DNA from: an uncultured Gemmatimonadales bacterium
Lineage (GTDB): Bacteria; Gemmatimonadota; Gemmatimonadetes; Gemmatimonadales; Gemmatimonadaceae
Reading direction: 5' to 3'
Assembly (NCBI GenBank): GCA_963850905.1
Contig: CAWKMU010000004.1
Coordinates: 1 to 64,000, forward strand
Length of the DNA stretch: 64,000 nucleotides
The notes below the pieces were generated by a model, which was not told the origin of the DNA, did not search any database, and worked only from the letters and a program-made list of their open reading frames with translations. Both the position numbers and the translations under genes were made by a program. Shown piece by piece: positions 49,385 to 60,558 of this stretch (position 1 is its first letter; each line of letters opens with the position of its first letter).

Positions 49385-51493
49385 TCACGCGAGATGGGCA
49401 GCCACGAGGAGGACGTCGATCAGCTTGATGAAGACAAAGGGGATGATCACCCCGCCGACGCCGTAGATCAGAAGGTTCCGGCGCAGGATCGCCCCGGCCC
49501 CCATCGGCCGGTACCGCACGCCACGCAGGGCCAATGGAATCAGAGCAATGATGATCAAGGCGTTGAAGATCACCGCAGCCAGAATCGCGGATTCCGATGA
49601 ATGCAGGCGCATGATGTTCAGCGCCTGCAGCTCGGGGAACGTCACGATGAACATCGCCGGGATAATGGCGAAATACTTCGCCACATCGTTGGCAATGGAA
49701 AATGTCGTCAGCGACCCCCGGGTCATGAGCAGCTGCTTCCCGATCTCCACGATCTCGATGAGCTTCGTCGGATTGGAGTCGAGGTCGATCATGTTCCCGG
49801 CTTCCTTGGCGGCCTGCGTGCCCGTGTTCATGGCGACGCCGACGTCGGCCTGGGCGAGAGCGGGCGCATCGTTGGTCCCATCGCCCGTCATCGCGACCAG
49901 CCGTCCGCCGGCCTGCTCGCGCCTGATGAGCGCCATCTTGTCCTCCGGAGTCGCTTCCGCGAGGAAATCGTCGACGCCAGCTTCTTGAGCGATAGCAGCC
50001 GCGGTCAGTGGGTTGTCGCCGGTGATCATCACCGTCCGGATCCCCATGGCGCGCAGCCGGTCGAATCGCTCGCGCATGCCGCCCTTGACGATGTCCTTGA
50101 GGTAGATCACGCCGAGCACTCTCGCGCTGCCGTTCTCGCTCTCTGCGACGACAAGCGGCGTCCCCCCCTCGCGGGCAATCCGCTCGATCGTCGACGGCAG
50201 CGTGCCGGGGATCGTGCCGCCGTGGCCGCGTACCCACTGCGCCACCATGTCACCAGCGCCTTTCCGCAGCTGCACGCCAGTCGGGAGATTGACGCCGCTC
50301 ATGCGCGTCGTCGCGGAGAACGGCACGAACTCGATCGCCGGAGCGGCGACCACGACCCCCGCGCCATCGCCCTCTTCGGCCGCGCTCCCATCGCCGAGCG
50401 TTCGCCCGCGCAACCCAAACTGTTCTTTGGCCAGGACGACAATGCTTCGTCCTTCAGGCGTTTCATCGGCCAGCGATGCGAGTTGCGCTCGATCGGCGAG
50501 ATATTCTGGCGGCACGTCGGTCATGGGGACGAACTCGACAGCTTGTCGATTGCCCAGTGTGATCGTACCCGTCTTGTCCAGCAGCAGGGTATTCACATCC
50601 CCCGCCGCCTCGACGGATCGCCCGCTCATGGCGATCACGTTCTGCTGAATCACTCGGTCCATCCCGGCGATGCCGATCGCCGAGAGCAGCCCCCCAATCG
50701 TGGTCGGGATGAGACACACGAGCAGCGCGACCAGAACCGGAATCCCGAGCGAGGTACCACTGTAGATCGCGAACGGCTGCAATGTCACGACCGCCAGCAG
50801 GAACACAATGGTGAGACCTGACAGCAGGATCGTGAGCGCGATCTCGTTGGGCGTCTTCTGGCGCTCGGCCCCTTCCACCAGCGCGATCATCCGATCGAGA
50901 AAGGTCTCGCCGGGATTCGCCGTCACCCGGATGATGAGATAGTCGGACAATACGCGCGTACCGCCGGTGACTGCCGACCGATCGCCGCCGGACTCGCGGA
51001 TGACAGGGGCCGACTCGCCCGTGATGGCCGATTCGTCGACCGAAGCGACACCTTCGATGACTTCACCGTCAGCCGGGATCAGATCTCCGGGCATGACCAC
51101 CACCAGGTCACCCTTGCGAAGGCTCGAGGCGGGCAGCGTGACCGTCTCGGCTTTGCGCCCGACGCTCGGGATCCGCTTCGCCTGGGCTTGAGTCCTGGCT
51201 CTCCGTAACGTGTCCGCCTGTGCCTTGCCCCGCCCCTCCGCCATCGCCTCGGCGAAATTGGCGAAGAGCACCGTGAACCAGAGCCAGATCGTGAGTTGCA
51301 GGGTGAAGGTTGCGTGTCCCTGCCGGGTGATGACGTCGCGGATGAGGATCAGCGTCGTCAGCACGCTCCCGACCAGCACCACGAACATGACCGGGTTCCG
51401 CACCATGTGCTGCGGCGCGAGCTTGATGAACGAGTCCCGGATCGCCCGCTTGACAATGGGCGGGTCGAAGAGAGGGCGTGCCGTCGCGGCCAT
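49385..51493 (-). CDS. kdpB: K+-transporting ATPase subunit B
   Basis: NPVMF, TGES, DKTGT, TGDN, GDGTND. Confidence 0.97.
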   Translation of the reverse strand: MAATARPLFDPPIVKRAIRDSFIKLAPQHMVRNPVMFVVLVGSVLTTLILIRDVITRQGHATFTLQLTIWLWFTVLFANFAEAMAEGRGKAQADTLRRARTQAQAKRIPSVGRKAETVTLPASSLRKGDLVVVMPGDLIPADGEVIEGVASVDESAITGESAPVIRESGGDRSAVTGGTRVLSDYLIIRVTANPGETFLDRMIALVEGAERQKTPNEIALTILLSGLTIVFLLAVVTLQPFAIYSGTSLGIPVLVALLVCLIPTTIGGLLSAIGIAGMDRVIQQNVIAMSGRSVEAAGDVNTLLLDKTGTITLGNRQAVEFVPMTDVPPEYLADRAQLASLADETPEGRSIVVLAKEQFGLRGRTLGDGSAAEEGDGAGVVVAAPAIEFVPFSATTRMSGVNLPTGVQLRKGAGDMVAQWVRGHGGTIPGTLPSTIERIAREGGTPLVVAESENGSARVLGVIYLKDIVKGGMRERFDRLRAMGIRTVMITGDNPLTAAAIAQEAGVDDFLAEATPEDKMALIRREQAGGRLVAMTGDGTNDAPALAQADVGVAMNTGTQAAKEAGNMIDLDSNPTKLIEIVEIGKQLLMTRGSLTTFSIANDVAKYFAIIPAMFIVTFPELQALNIMRLHSSESAILAAVIFNALIIIALIPLALRGVRYRPMGAGAILRRNLLIYGVGGVIIPFVFIKLIDVLLVAAHLA

Positions 51494-51507
51494 TGGCAGC
51501 AGACCCG

Positions 51508-53226
51508 TTAGAAAAGGTGCCCGGATCGCATAAGCAGCTGCTCGACGATCGGGCCGAGCGAGAGCGCGGGGAAGAACGTCAATGCCGTGACGATGAGGGT
51601 GACGCCGAGCAGGAGCGCGACGAACAATGGAGTCGTCACCGGGAACGTACCCGCCGTTTCCGGCGCCACTCGTCGCTCGGACAGAAAACCGCCCAACGCC
51701 AGCACAGGCACCTTCATCGCGAAACGGCCAAAGAGCATCGCGATCGCGAACATCGTGTTGTAGTAGTAGGTGCTCCCGGTCAACCCGCCGAACGCGCTGC
51801 CGTTGTTCGCCACGACCGAGCTGAACGCATACAGGATCTCGGAGAAACCGTGGGGTCCGGCGTTGTTCAGTCCAGCCAAGCCGGACTTGGTAACCGCCGA
51901 CGCCCCCGCAAACGTCAGGACGACGAACGCGTAGACGAGCACGAACAACATCACCACACGCACCTCGCGGCTCTCGATCCGCTTCCCGAGGTACTCTGGC
52001 GTCCGCCCCACCATGAGACCCGCGATGAAGACCGTGAGAATGATCTCGACCAGCATTCCGTAGAGGCCGGCACCAACGCCGCCGTACACCAGCTCCCCGA
52101 GTTGCATGTTCACCATGGGCACGAGACCGCCGATGGGCGTGAACGAGTCGTGCAGCCCATTGACCGCTCCACACGACGCATCGGTCGTGATCGTGGCGAA
52201 GAGCGTGGTTCCGGCAATGCCAAACCGAACCTCCTTCCCCTCCATGTTGCCGCCTGGATTGCCCAGGCTTGCCACGACATCGATCCCGCGCGCGGCATGA
52301 ATCGGGTTGCCACGGGCCTCAGCCCAATACGCAGTCGCCGTCCCACCCGCGAAAAGGATGAACATCGTGACCCAGACCGCCCACGCGTGCCGCCTGTTAT
52401 TCACCATGCGACCCAGCATGTAGACAAGACCCGCTGGGATGAGAAAAATCGCGACGATCTGCAGGAAGTTGCTCCACGGCGTGGGGTTCTCGAACGGATG
52501 CGCGGAGTTGGCGTTGAAGAACCCGCCACCGTTCGTCCCCAGCTGCTTGATCGCTTCCTGACTCGCGACGGGACCCATCGGAAGCGTCTGATGCACGCCT
52601 TCGAGCGTCGTGGCGTGGATATACGGATGGAAGTTCTGAATGACACCCTGCTGCACGAACAGGAGGGCCAGTACTACGGCGAACGGGAGCAGCACGTAGA
52701 GCGTGCCCCGAACGAGGTCGCAGTAGAAGTTTCCGACTCGGCCTCCGGCCTGCCGCCGCGCGATGCCGCGGACGAGCGCAGCGGCGGACGCCATCCCGAC
52801 AGCGGCCGACGCGAAATTGTGGAACGCCAGCTGCGTCATCTGCGAGAAGTACGACATCGTCGACTCCCCGGAATACGACTGCCAATTGGTGTTCGTCGTG
52901 AAAGAGGCGGCTGTCTCGAACGCCTGCCGGTCGACGACGTTGGCGAAGTGCTCCGGATTCAACGGTAGTGCGTGCTGCAACCGGAGCACGAGGTACGTGA
53001 CGAGCATCCCCACCGCGCTGAAGATGAGCAGCGCCGCAGCATATCGCGTCCAGTGCTGATCCTCGGTCGGGTCCACACCGGCCGCGCGATACAGAGCCCG
53101 CTCGACGGGGGCCCACCAGCGGAGCGAACCGTCATAGACGCCGACGAGATAGACGCCCACTGGCTTCGTCAACGCCAACAGTACGGCCGAGTACACGAGA
53201 ATCTGTGTCCACCCGCTGAGCGTCAC
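51508..53226 (-). CDS. kdpA: K+-transporting ATPase subunit A
   Basis: [35 protein letters not shown]. Confidence 0.97.
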   Translation of the reverse strand: MTLSGWTQILVYSAVLLALTKPVGVYLVGVYDGSLRWWAPVERALYRAAGVDPTEDQHWTRYAAALLIFSAVGMLVTYLVLRLQHALPLNPEHFANVVDRQAFETAASFTTNTNWQSYSGESTMSYFSQMTQLAFHNFASAAVGMASAAALVRGIARRQAGGRVGNFYCDLVRGTLYVLLPFAVVLALLFVQQGVIQNFHPYIHATTLEGVHQTLPMGPVASQEAIKQLGTNGGGFFNANSAHPFENPTPWSNFLQIVAIFLIPAGLVYMLGRMVNNRRHAWAVWVTMFILFAGGTATAYWAEARGNPIHAARGIDVVASLGNPGGNMEGKEVRFGIAGTTLFATITTDASCGAVNGLHDSFTPIGGLVPMVNMQLGELVYGGVGAGLYGMLVEIILTVFIAGLMVGRTPEYLGKRIESREVRVVMLFVLVYAFVVLTFAGASAVTKSGLAGLNNAGPHGFSEILYAFSSVVANNGSAFGGLTGSTYYYNTMFAIAMLFGRFAMKVPVLALGGFLSERRVAPETAGTFPVTTPLFVALLLGVTLIVTALTFFPALSLGPIVEQLLMRSGHLF

Positions 53227-53227
53227 G

Positions 53228-53317
53228 TCAGAATCGCTCCGGCCTGAGCAACGAGTAGACCAGGTAGATCAACAGTGCCGCAGCGACCGCGACGCCGATG
53301 ACGCTCTCGGCGTTCAT
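53228..53317 (-). CDS. kdpF: K+-transporting ATPase subunit F (29 aa)
   Basis: MNAESVIGVAVAAALLIYLVYSLLRPERF, ending in the typical YLxxxLxxPExF. Confidence 0.9.
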   Translation of the reverse strand: MNAESVIGVAVAAALLIYLVYSLLRPERF

Positions 53318-53433
53318 GAATGCTCCGGGGCATCGGCCCCCGCATCGCGCCCAAGGACCGCCAGTCCGCGGACGAACGCGAGCATGAGAGCGAAGAACAG
53401 GACAGTGGCGACCACGTACACAACGTCGAGCAT
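53314..53433 (-). CDS. 39-aa single-TM peptide upstream of kdpF (not in the ORF track)
   Basis: MLDVVYVVATVLFFALMLAFVRGLAVLGRDAGADAPEHS; its TGA overlaps the kdpF ATG. Confidence 0.75.
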   Translation of the reverse strand: MLDVVYVVATVLFFALMLAFVRGLAVLGRDAGADAPEHS

Positions 53434-53877
53434 CCTCAACGACCCCCTGCCTCAGCTTGCCGGCCCCTTCCCCAACGGTACACCACCAAGAGTTCGACCC
53501 CCACGGTGCACAACGGCGTAGCTCTTTTCCGACATCGCGGCGGACCAATGGCACCACATCCTCGCCTGGCCTGTCCGCCGACCACCGGAGCGGCTTCGAC
53601 ATCCTCAGCGATGACCGGGTGCCACGAACCAGGCTGGTTGCCCTTGGGAGACCCGTAAGGCGTCGCGGCGACCATCCGGCGACCGCAGCAGAGCCGCTAC
53701 GCGTGAGCGATGTCGTCGACGGCTCTCAGCCCCATCTGCACGAGCGAGTCATGCGCCGACATGGTGCGTCGAATCCGCCATCAGGTCACTTCTCCACGTG
53801 TCCGCGTCGGATCGTCACAGTGCGCAACGTCGATCGCTCAGCACCTGAATTATGCGTGGGCTGTCAGTGCGCTCAAA

Positions 53878-53918
53878 TAAAATGTTCGTGAAATCGGACT
53901 CGTAAAATGTTCGTGAAA
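53878..53918 (-). promoter_or_regulatory. Duplicated 16-bp site, candidate KdpE boxes
   Basis: TAAAATGTTCGTGAAA at 53878 and 53903. On the minus strand each has T-rich half sites 11 bp apart, upstream of the kdp operon. Confidence 0.55.
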
Positions 53919-53997
53919 ACGAACACGTCAGCCGCAGTCACTCGTCCGCTGTCCGTCACCGTGTGCGCGTTGCATCACCAGAGTATTCGGGACGCAC

Positions 53998-54654
53998 TCA
54001 CCACGCTATCCCAAAGACGACAGGCACGAACGTCGTCGGGGCGTAGCGAGTGTATGCCGTGTTGTATCTGGCCTCGACATACATGCGGAAGGATGTCACC
54101 CGAAACCGCACACCGCCGCCCACGTCCCAACCCAGTACATTCTGGGTCCGCGTCCTGTTCGCTGGCGCCCCGTACACGCCGCAAAAGCCAAGGAACGGGT
54201 CGCACGTCGAATTCCCCGTGAACGTGTCGAGTTCGACTTTGCGCGAATAGCCGCCCCCGCCGCCCACCACGTAGGGAGTGAAACGCCCAAACAGGTCGCG
54301 CGCATTGGCGACCACGTTGAGCGTCAGCGACAAGATGTTGGCACCGCCGCCGACCGCACCGAACGCGTTCTGTGTTGAGGTATTCATCAGTTGCGCTTGC
54401 CCGTTGAAGTGCCCCTCCAGCCAGATCCCGCTGCTCGGCAGGGACGCCCATGCGACGCTGATGCCACCGTCGTACGCGGCTTCGAAGCTATTGCGCCATT
54501 GACCCGTCGGAAACGACCCGCCGGCAAACGCGCTCGCGTGAAGCGGATGCAACCAATAGTTGTCGGCGGTCGTGTCGGATTGTGCAACCGCGCGGGGTGC
54601 CATCCAGACACCAACGAGGATCAGAACGGCACGCGCACCAACGCGAAGCCTCAC
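53998..54654 (-). CDS. Outer membrane beta-barrel protein
   Basis: Signal peptide; PYVVGGGGGY; YVEARY; C-terminal Trp. Confidence 0.8.
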   Translation of the reverse strand: MRLRVGARAVLILVGVWMAPRAVAQSDTTADNYWLHPLHASAFAGGSFPTGQWRNSFEAAYDGGISVAWASLPSSGIWLEGHFNGQAQLMNTSTQNAFGAVGGGANILSLTLNVVANARDLFGRFTPYVVGGGGGYSRKVELDTFTGNSTCDPFLGFCGVYGAPANRTRTQNVLGWDVGGGVRFRVTSFRMYVEARYNTAYTRYAPTTFVPVVFGIAW

Positions 54655-56064
54655 GGCGCGCGATCTCGTTCGGGTGCTGGCGGCATCGCCTGCGGCGTGT
54701 GTCGCGGCAGAGACACATGTCCCTGCTCGACCTCGATGTATCCGTCGCGGATCACGAGGGACACGTTCGCCAAATCGTCGAGTGTCACATCCGGGCGGCC
54801 GCTAACGACCGTTACGTCCGCGAGCTTTCCGGGCTCGAGCGTGCCCAGTTTGTCGCCCATGTCCAGCATCTGCGCGTTCGTCCGCGTCGCGATCTGCAAT
54901 ACCTCAGGTACGGTGTAGCCGAGTCGCACGAACTGCTTGAGCTCCGTGATGTATGGGGCAGGCAGATATCGGAACCAGTCACGCACGAGGTCCGTGCCAA
55001 CGCCCAGCTTGATACCGGCCTGCTTCATTTTCCGCACCAACTCGAAGTCTGCGTCCTTCGAAAACGTAAACCGGCGCGAGGGCGTCCCGTAGTACGCGCC
55101 GGCTGAATTGAAAATAATGATGTAGGGGATCAGAGTCGGATCTGACTCGGTGCCCATGCGTGCCATGAGCTGGATGGTTTCGTCGGAGCGCGGCAGAGGG
55201 TGCTCGATCATGTCGATCCCGGCCTCGACCGCCCACTTGGTGTAGAAGGTCTCACAATCGCACGTCACCTTGAGCCCGAGTGCGTGGGCCTCCTGAATGG
55301 CGGCGGACACCTCGGCCGGGCTGAAGTGGCTCGCGATCTTGATGAGGTCCGCGCCCTGGGCGAACTCTTCGCGCACCGCCTCGCGCCAATCGTCCGGGCC
55401 CGAAGCGACGCGGATCATCCCCTCGGCCGTGCTGTTGTAATCCCCGCCGTCGTCACCGTGGCCGCCTTTCCCGGTGATGAGCTTCCCCGCGGCAAAGACG
55501 CGCGGCCCAATCACCCGATTGCGTGCGACCCACTCCTGCAGACGGAACGGCGCGTCGCCCTGCGATCCGACATCCCGCACGCTCGTGATCCCGCTCTCGA
55601 TGTAGTAGCGCAGATGCTCGACGCCTCGCAACGCCGCATCCGCACGGCTATCGGCGACCGGACCCGGAGTATCTGGATCGGGATAGGTGAGGTGTGTGTG
55701 CAGATCGATGAGCCCGGGGAGCACCGTCATGCCCGCGACATTCGATCACACGCGCGGCGGCAGGCCAGTCGGTCGCGGAGGGGGGTAAAATCCGGTCGAT
55801 CCGGTTGCGCACGATGACGAGCGTTGCCTCGTGCGCCGGCGTGCCAGTGCCATCGAAGATGCGCCCACCCCGCAACACCAGCGCACCCATCGGCCCACCT
55901 GATCCGGGTGGCACCGGCGTGCGCCGCGGGTCATCCGACACCGAGGTGGATGGGGAGAGAAACCGCCATCGTTCCGTGCGAGCCACACTCGTGTCCTGGC
56001 CTCGCGCCGTTGCCGCAAGTGCGACGAGCCCTGCCCCCGCCAGCGCGATCGCATGCCGTACCAT
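54651..56064 (-). pseudogene. Secreted amidohydrolase with a single +1 frameshift at ~55741 (possibly a sequencing error)
   Basis: Removing one base restores RVIDVAGMTVLPGLIDLHTH. Also GITSVRDVG and GTLEPGKLAD. Confidence 0.85.
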
Positions 56065-56478
56065 TCGGTCCGCTCCTTGGTGTCGCCGGCTGCCAAGATA
56101 CGCCCTCACAGGAGGCACGGCACGCGAACCTCGGCGGACCCGCCGCGAACCATCCCAGGCAGCGCGGTTCGCCCTTGTCTCCTTTCTCCTTTCTACCGGC
56201 GCGCCACGCCCGATCGGCCCGGTCGGCGCCCGGTCGAGTCTGCCTGCGCCCCTGGTACGCGGCAAACCGCCTGTCTTCGCGTTAACCCCTGCCACGCAGG
56301 TCGGGCGGCGCGACGACCAACTGCAAGACGTTGACCCCAGCGCAATAGTCGTTCGTCCCAAACCCAACGACAGGGGCTCACGAACGGGATATCCCTCTAT
56401 GCGAAAGGAACCGGGCGATGGTCGCAGGGCGGCGGCCGCCGGCCGGATAAACCCAAGCCAACCTCAGAGGGGTGAAGA

Positions 56479-56883
56479 ATGCGCGCACACGGAACGACGA
56501 TCGGATTGACCCTGGCATTGGCAACTCTCGCCGCCTGCAGCAGTAGCACGGCGCCAACTAGCGGCGGCGGTGGCGGAAGCGGCGGTGGCGGCGGGGCGTC
56601 CAGCAACACTATCACTGCCAGTTCCCAAACGACGGGCGGAGCGTACGGGAGCGGGGGAAACTACTTCTTCTCGCCGACGCCCGATACCGTAAAGGCGGGA
56701 TCGCAGGTCACGTACGCGTTCGGCAGCGTCACGCACAACGTCCATTTCGACGCAGTCGCGAACGCACCCGACAGCATTCCCTCCTCGAGCAACACGAACG
56801 TCAACCGGACCTTCGGCACGGCCGGCACGTACAACTACCACTGCACCATCCACAATATTTCCGGCATCGTCGTCGTGCAGTAA
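56479..56883 (+). CDS. Cupredoxin/plastocyanin-like lipoprotein
   Basis: LAAC lipobox, Gly linker, HNVHF, GTYNYHCTIH. Confidence 0.85.
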   Translation: MRAHGTTIGLTLALATLAACSSSTAPTSGGGGGSGGGGGASSNTITASSQTTGGAYGSGGNYFFSPTPDTVKAGSQVTYAFGSVTHNVHFDAVANAPDSIPSSSNTNVNRTFGTAGTYNYHCTIHNISGIVVVQ

Positions 56884-56886
56884 GCC

Positions 56887-56910
56887 GCGCGCAGGCTCTC
56901 GCCTGCGCGC
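56887..56910 (+). terminator. GC-rich hairpin after the cupredoxin gene
   Basis: GCGCGCAGGC-TCTC-GCCTGCGCGC; no U-tract. Confidence 0.4.
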
Positions 56911-57186
56911 GCCCTGCGCGCCATCGCTTGCGCTCTCGGATCACGGGGAGCGAAGGCGGCTGATGGTGCCTCGCGCCTCCGCGGCCGCGTCTTCCAGGGT
57001 CACAAGAACCGCACCGGCCGCGGCGAGATCGTCGCCGATCGCATGTGATCGGCCGGCGATTCGCACCTCCCTATCTCTCCGCCGCGCCCAGCCCGCCGTA
57101 TATTGACGCGGGCCCGACGCGGGGAGCGCGCCCCCCGCAGGAGCCGACGCTGCGACGCGCATTCACATCCCGACCCGCCGACACTC

Positions 57187-59058
57187 ATGCTGCACCGCCG
57201 CCATTTGCGCCCGATCGCTGCCGCCGCTGCGATCCTCTTCACGCTTGCCCGGCCCTGCCTGGGTCAAGGCGGCACCCCCGAGAGCGGGTTCACCAAGCAG
57301 GAATTCATGGTGGCGATGCGGGACGGAGTGAAACTGCACACGTTGGTCTTCACGCCGACAGCCGCTCATCCCCCTCTCCCCATCATCTTCATACGCACGC
57401 CGTACGGCATCGACGCCTCGGAACGCCAACTCACCAGCTCCCTCAAGGAGTTGGCCGCCGACGGGTACATCTTCGCCTTCCAGGATATTCGAGGTCGCTA
57501 CAAGTCCGAGGGGCAGTTCGTGATGCAACGCGCCCCGCACGACCCGAAGGATGTGCATGGAGTCGACGAGGGTACCGACGCCTACGACACGATCGACTGG
57601 CTGGTCAAGCAGGTGCCCAACAACAACGGGCGGGTGGGAATGACCGGCGTATCCTACCCCGGCTGGCTGACGGTGATGGCGATGCTCGACCCCCATCCGG
57701 CCCTAAAAGCGGTGTCTCCGCAGGCCTCACCCGTCGACATGTTCCTCGGGGACGACTTCCACCACAACGGCGCGTTCCGCCTGAGCTATGGTTTCGAATA
57801 CGCGACGCGTATGGAGACAAACAAGGAGCAGCAACCGTTTGCTTTCGATCGGTACGACACGTACGACTGGTACCTGCACGCGGGCGCGCTGTCGAACTTC
57901 AACGCGCGGTACCTCCACGGCACGATCCCGACCTGGAACGATTTCGTCTCACACCCCAACTTCGACCAGTTCTGGCAGCGCCAGACCGCCATCACCTACA
58001 TGAATCGGGTGACGGTGCCGACGCTCAACGTGGCAGGCTGGTGGGATCAGGAAGACTTCTACGGGCCCGTGACGATCTTCGAGCAGTTGGAGAAGTACGA
58101 CACCAACCACATGAACTACCTCGTCGTCGGGCCCTGGAATCACGGGGGCTGGATGGGGCCGGACGGGCAGAAGCTGGGCGCCATCGACTTTGGCAGCCCG
58201 ACATCGCTCTACTTCCGCCAGCACATCCTCGCGCCTTTCTTCGCGCACTTCCTCAAGGACCAGCCCGGCCTCGATCTGCCCAAGGCCATCACCTTCGAGG
58301 GCGGCGCAGATGCGTGGAAGCGATTCGATAGCTGGCCACCCAAGAGAGGCATCTCCCCCCAGCGCCTCTACTTCCAAGCCGACCACCAGGCGTCGTTCGA
58401 GGCACCCAAGCCCGCCACGGGTGACAGCGGCTTCGATCGCTACGTCTCCGATCCCCAGCATCCGGTACCCTATCGCCCGAGGCCAATTCCGCCGACCTAC
58501 TTCCCGGGCGGCTCTGGCTGGACGACGTGGCTCGTGCAAGACCAGCGGTTCGTCGACGGACGTCCAGACGTCCTCACCTTTTCCACGCCCCCCCTCACGC
58601 ACAATGTGGTGATCGCCGGATCCGTGACGGCGCACCTCTTTGCGGCGACCACCGGCTCGGACGCCGACTGGATCGTCAAGCTGATCGACGTATATCCGGA
58701 CACGATGCCGCAGACCCCAGCGTTCGGCGGGTACGAGCTCATGGTGGCCAACAATGTCTTCCGCGGACGCTTCCGTCAGAGCTTTGTGACGCCGCACCCG
58801 ATCACGCCCAACAAGGTGGAGGAGTACGCGGTCGACCTCCACACACAGGATTACCGCTTCTTGGCCGGCCACCGGATCATGGTGCAGGTCCAGAGCACCT
58901 GGTTCCCCATCATCGATCGCAATCCGCAACGCTACGTCCCCAATATCTTCCAAGCGACGGACGCAGATTTTCAGATCGCGCGCGAAACGATCTACCGCTC
59001 TGGCCCGCGCGCATCATACCTCGATTTGCCGGTCGAGACCGGGGAGACGACGCAATAA
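57187..59058 (+). CDS. CocE/NonD-family hydrolase (alpha-amino acid ester hydrolase-like)
   Basis: MRDGVKL, RTPY, QDIRGRYKSEG, GVSYPG, GPWNHG, QSTWFP. Confidence 0.93.
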   Translation: MLHRRHLRPIAAAAAILFTLARPCLGQGGTPESGFTKQEFMVAMRDGVKLHTLVFTPTAAHPPLPIIFIRTPYGIDASERQLTSSLKELAADGYIFAFQDIRGRYKSEGQFVMQRAPHDPKDVHGVDEGTDAYDTIDWLVKQVPNNNGRVGMTGVSYPGWLTVMAMLDPHPALKAVSPQASPVDMFLGDDFHHNGAFRLSYGFEYATRMETNKEQQPFAFDRYDTYDWYLHAGALSNFNARYLHGTIPTWNDFVSHPNFDQFWQRQTAITYMNRVTVPTLNVAGWWDQEDFYGPVTIFEQLEKYDTNHMNYLVVGPWNHGGWMGPDGQKLGAIDFGSPTSLYFRQHILAPFFAHFLKDQPGLDLPKAITFEGGADAWKRFDSWPPKRGISPQRLYFQADHQASFEAPKPATGDSGFDRYVSDPQHPVPYRPRPIPPTYFPGGSGWTTWLVQDQRFVDGRPDVLTFSTPPLTHNVVIAGSVTAHLFAATTGSDADWIVKLIDVYPDTMPQTPAFGGYELMVANNVFRGRFRQSFVTPHPITPNKVEEYAVDLHTQDYRFLAGHRIMVQVQSTWFPIIDRNPQRYVPNIFQATDADFQIARETIYRSGPRASYLDLPVETGETTQ

Positions 59059-59129
59059 ACGGCATTTCGGGATTCGGGATCAGGATCAGAAACCACTTCA
59101 CCGCTCCCACAGAATCGGCTGATGGGCGG

Positions 59130-59153
59130 GTAGGGGCGACGCATGCGTCGCCC
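59130..59153 (+). repeat. GTAG-type REP palindrome
   Basis: GTAG followed by GGGCGACGCATGCGTCGCCC, between convergent genes. Confidence 0.7.
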
Positions 59154-59175
59154 TCCATCACCGCCCGCACCCATC

Positions 59176-59901
59176 CTAGGTTTTTCGCACCACCGCCAGC
59201 TCCTTGTCATTGAACGGCACCGTCTCGACCACCTGCGCCGTCGGCCCCCAGAGCGCAGTATAGGCGGAGAGCGGTCGCGGCTTCTCGATGCGATTGAGCC
59301 GGAGTTTGGTCGTGAGCGAGGTGCTCGCGCGAGGGTCCCAGTAGGTCACGAGGAACGTGCCGCCGGGCGCCAACGCCCGCCACACGTTCTGCATCGCGCG
59401 AGCAAACGCGACGTCCTCCGTGATGTGCTGGGTCACGTCGATCATCATCGCAAGCGCGAAATGCGCAGGGGGGAGCACGATGTCCCCGGCGTCGCCCTGC
59501 ACGAAACGGAACTGCGGGTATCGCTTCGCGAGTGTCGCCACGGAGATCGGCGTGATGTCGTTGCCCGTGTAGTCGCGCACGCCTCGGTTCATGAGGTACT
59601 CCGTCCAGAAGCCGACGCCGCATCCGATCTCCAACACGCGCGTCGCCGGCCCGACCTCGACGCCGTGTCGCGCCAGCTGGGCGTCAATGATTGCGCCTTT
59701 GGCCTCGTACATCCGGCGGTTGGCTTCTTCGCTGAGCCGAAAGTGCCCCACCCCCCGCAGGTCGAACGATTCGGTCAATACCTCGTTCCAGAATTCGCGG
59801 GGCCGGTACCGGAACAGCATCTGGGCGTAGATCCGCAAGCTGCGCATGCGCGAAAAATAGCCGACATCAAAGGATTCTGTGGACGCGACCCGGCCCCGCA
59901 T
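59176..59901 (-). CDS. Class I SAM-dependent methyltransferase
   Basis: RVLEIGCGVGFW, FVQGD, LAPGGTF. Confidence 0.88.
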   Translation of the reverse strand: MRGRVASTESFDVGYFSRMRSLRIYAQMLFRYRPREFWNEVLTESFDLRGVGHFRLSEEANRRMYEAKGAIIDAQLARHGVEVGPATRVLEIGCGVGFWTEYLMNRGVRDYTGNDITPISVATLAKRYPQFRFVQGDAGDIVLPPAHFALAMMIDVTQHITEDVAFARAMQNVWRALAPGGTFLVTYWDPRASTSLTTKLRLNRIEKPRPLSAYTALWGPTAQVVETVPFNDKELAVVRKT

Positions 59902-59973
59902 GCCACGCCGGTGCCCAATCCGGGTCCTGCGTCCCGAGTCCCGGATTCCACTCGTTATGCTACACTGAGAGCC

Positions 59974-60489
59974 ATGATCGAAACGCCTGCCCGCGAGCAT
60001 GACCCCGGCTATCGCCTCCGTACGCACGCACCCGGCGACATGGGCTGGATCGTCCATCGACACGGCGTGCTCTATGCGCACGAATATGGCTGGGACATGC
60101 GGTTCGAAGCGCTGGTCGCGCGCATCGTGGCCGACTTTATCATGGAATACGATCCTGCACGCGAGCATTGCTGGATCGCGGAGCGCAACGGCGCCAGAGT
60201 CGGATCCGTCTTTCTCGTCAAAGATCCAGACGCCGCCGACACGGCACGTTTGCGGCTCCTACTCGTCGAGCCGGAAGCCCGCGGACTGGGAATAGGCAGG
60301 CGACTGGTCGATGAGTGCGGCCGCTTTGCCCAGTCGAAGGGCTACCGCCGGATCACTCTGTGGACCAACAACGTGCTCCATTCGGCTCGCCGCATCTATG
60401 AAGCGGCAGGTTACCGACTCATCCGGGAAGAGGCACACAACAGCTTCGGCCCCGATTGCGTCGGTCAAACCTGGGAGCGGATCCTCTAA
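59974..60489 (+). CDS. GNAT acetyltransferase
   Basis: PGDMGWIVHRHG, LRLLLVEPEARGLGIGRRLV, ARRIYEAAG. Confidence 0.9.
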   Translation: MIETPAREHDPGYRLRTHAPGDMGWIVHRHGVLYAHEYGWDMRFEALVARIVADFIMEYDPAREHCWIAERNGARVGSVFLVKDPDAADTARLRLLLVEPEARGLGIGRRLVDECGRFAQSKGYRRITLWTNNVLHSARRIYEAAGYRLIREEAHNSFGPDCVGQTWERIL

Positions 60490-60558
60490 AGCGATCAAGG
60501 GCTCCGCGGGCCACGGCGTTGTGGCCTTGCCCTCGTCTGCTGTCTCCTTTCTGTGGTT

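Noticed and set aside
53434..53880. c-di-AMP (ydaO) riboswitch upstream of kdp
   Set aside because: Hallmark segments such as GCTGAATCC and CAGCTAAC were not found on the minus strand.
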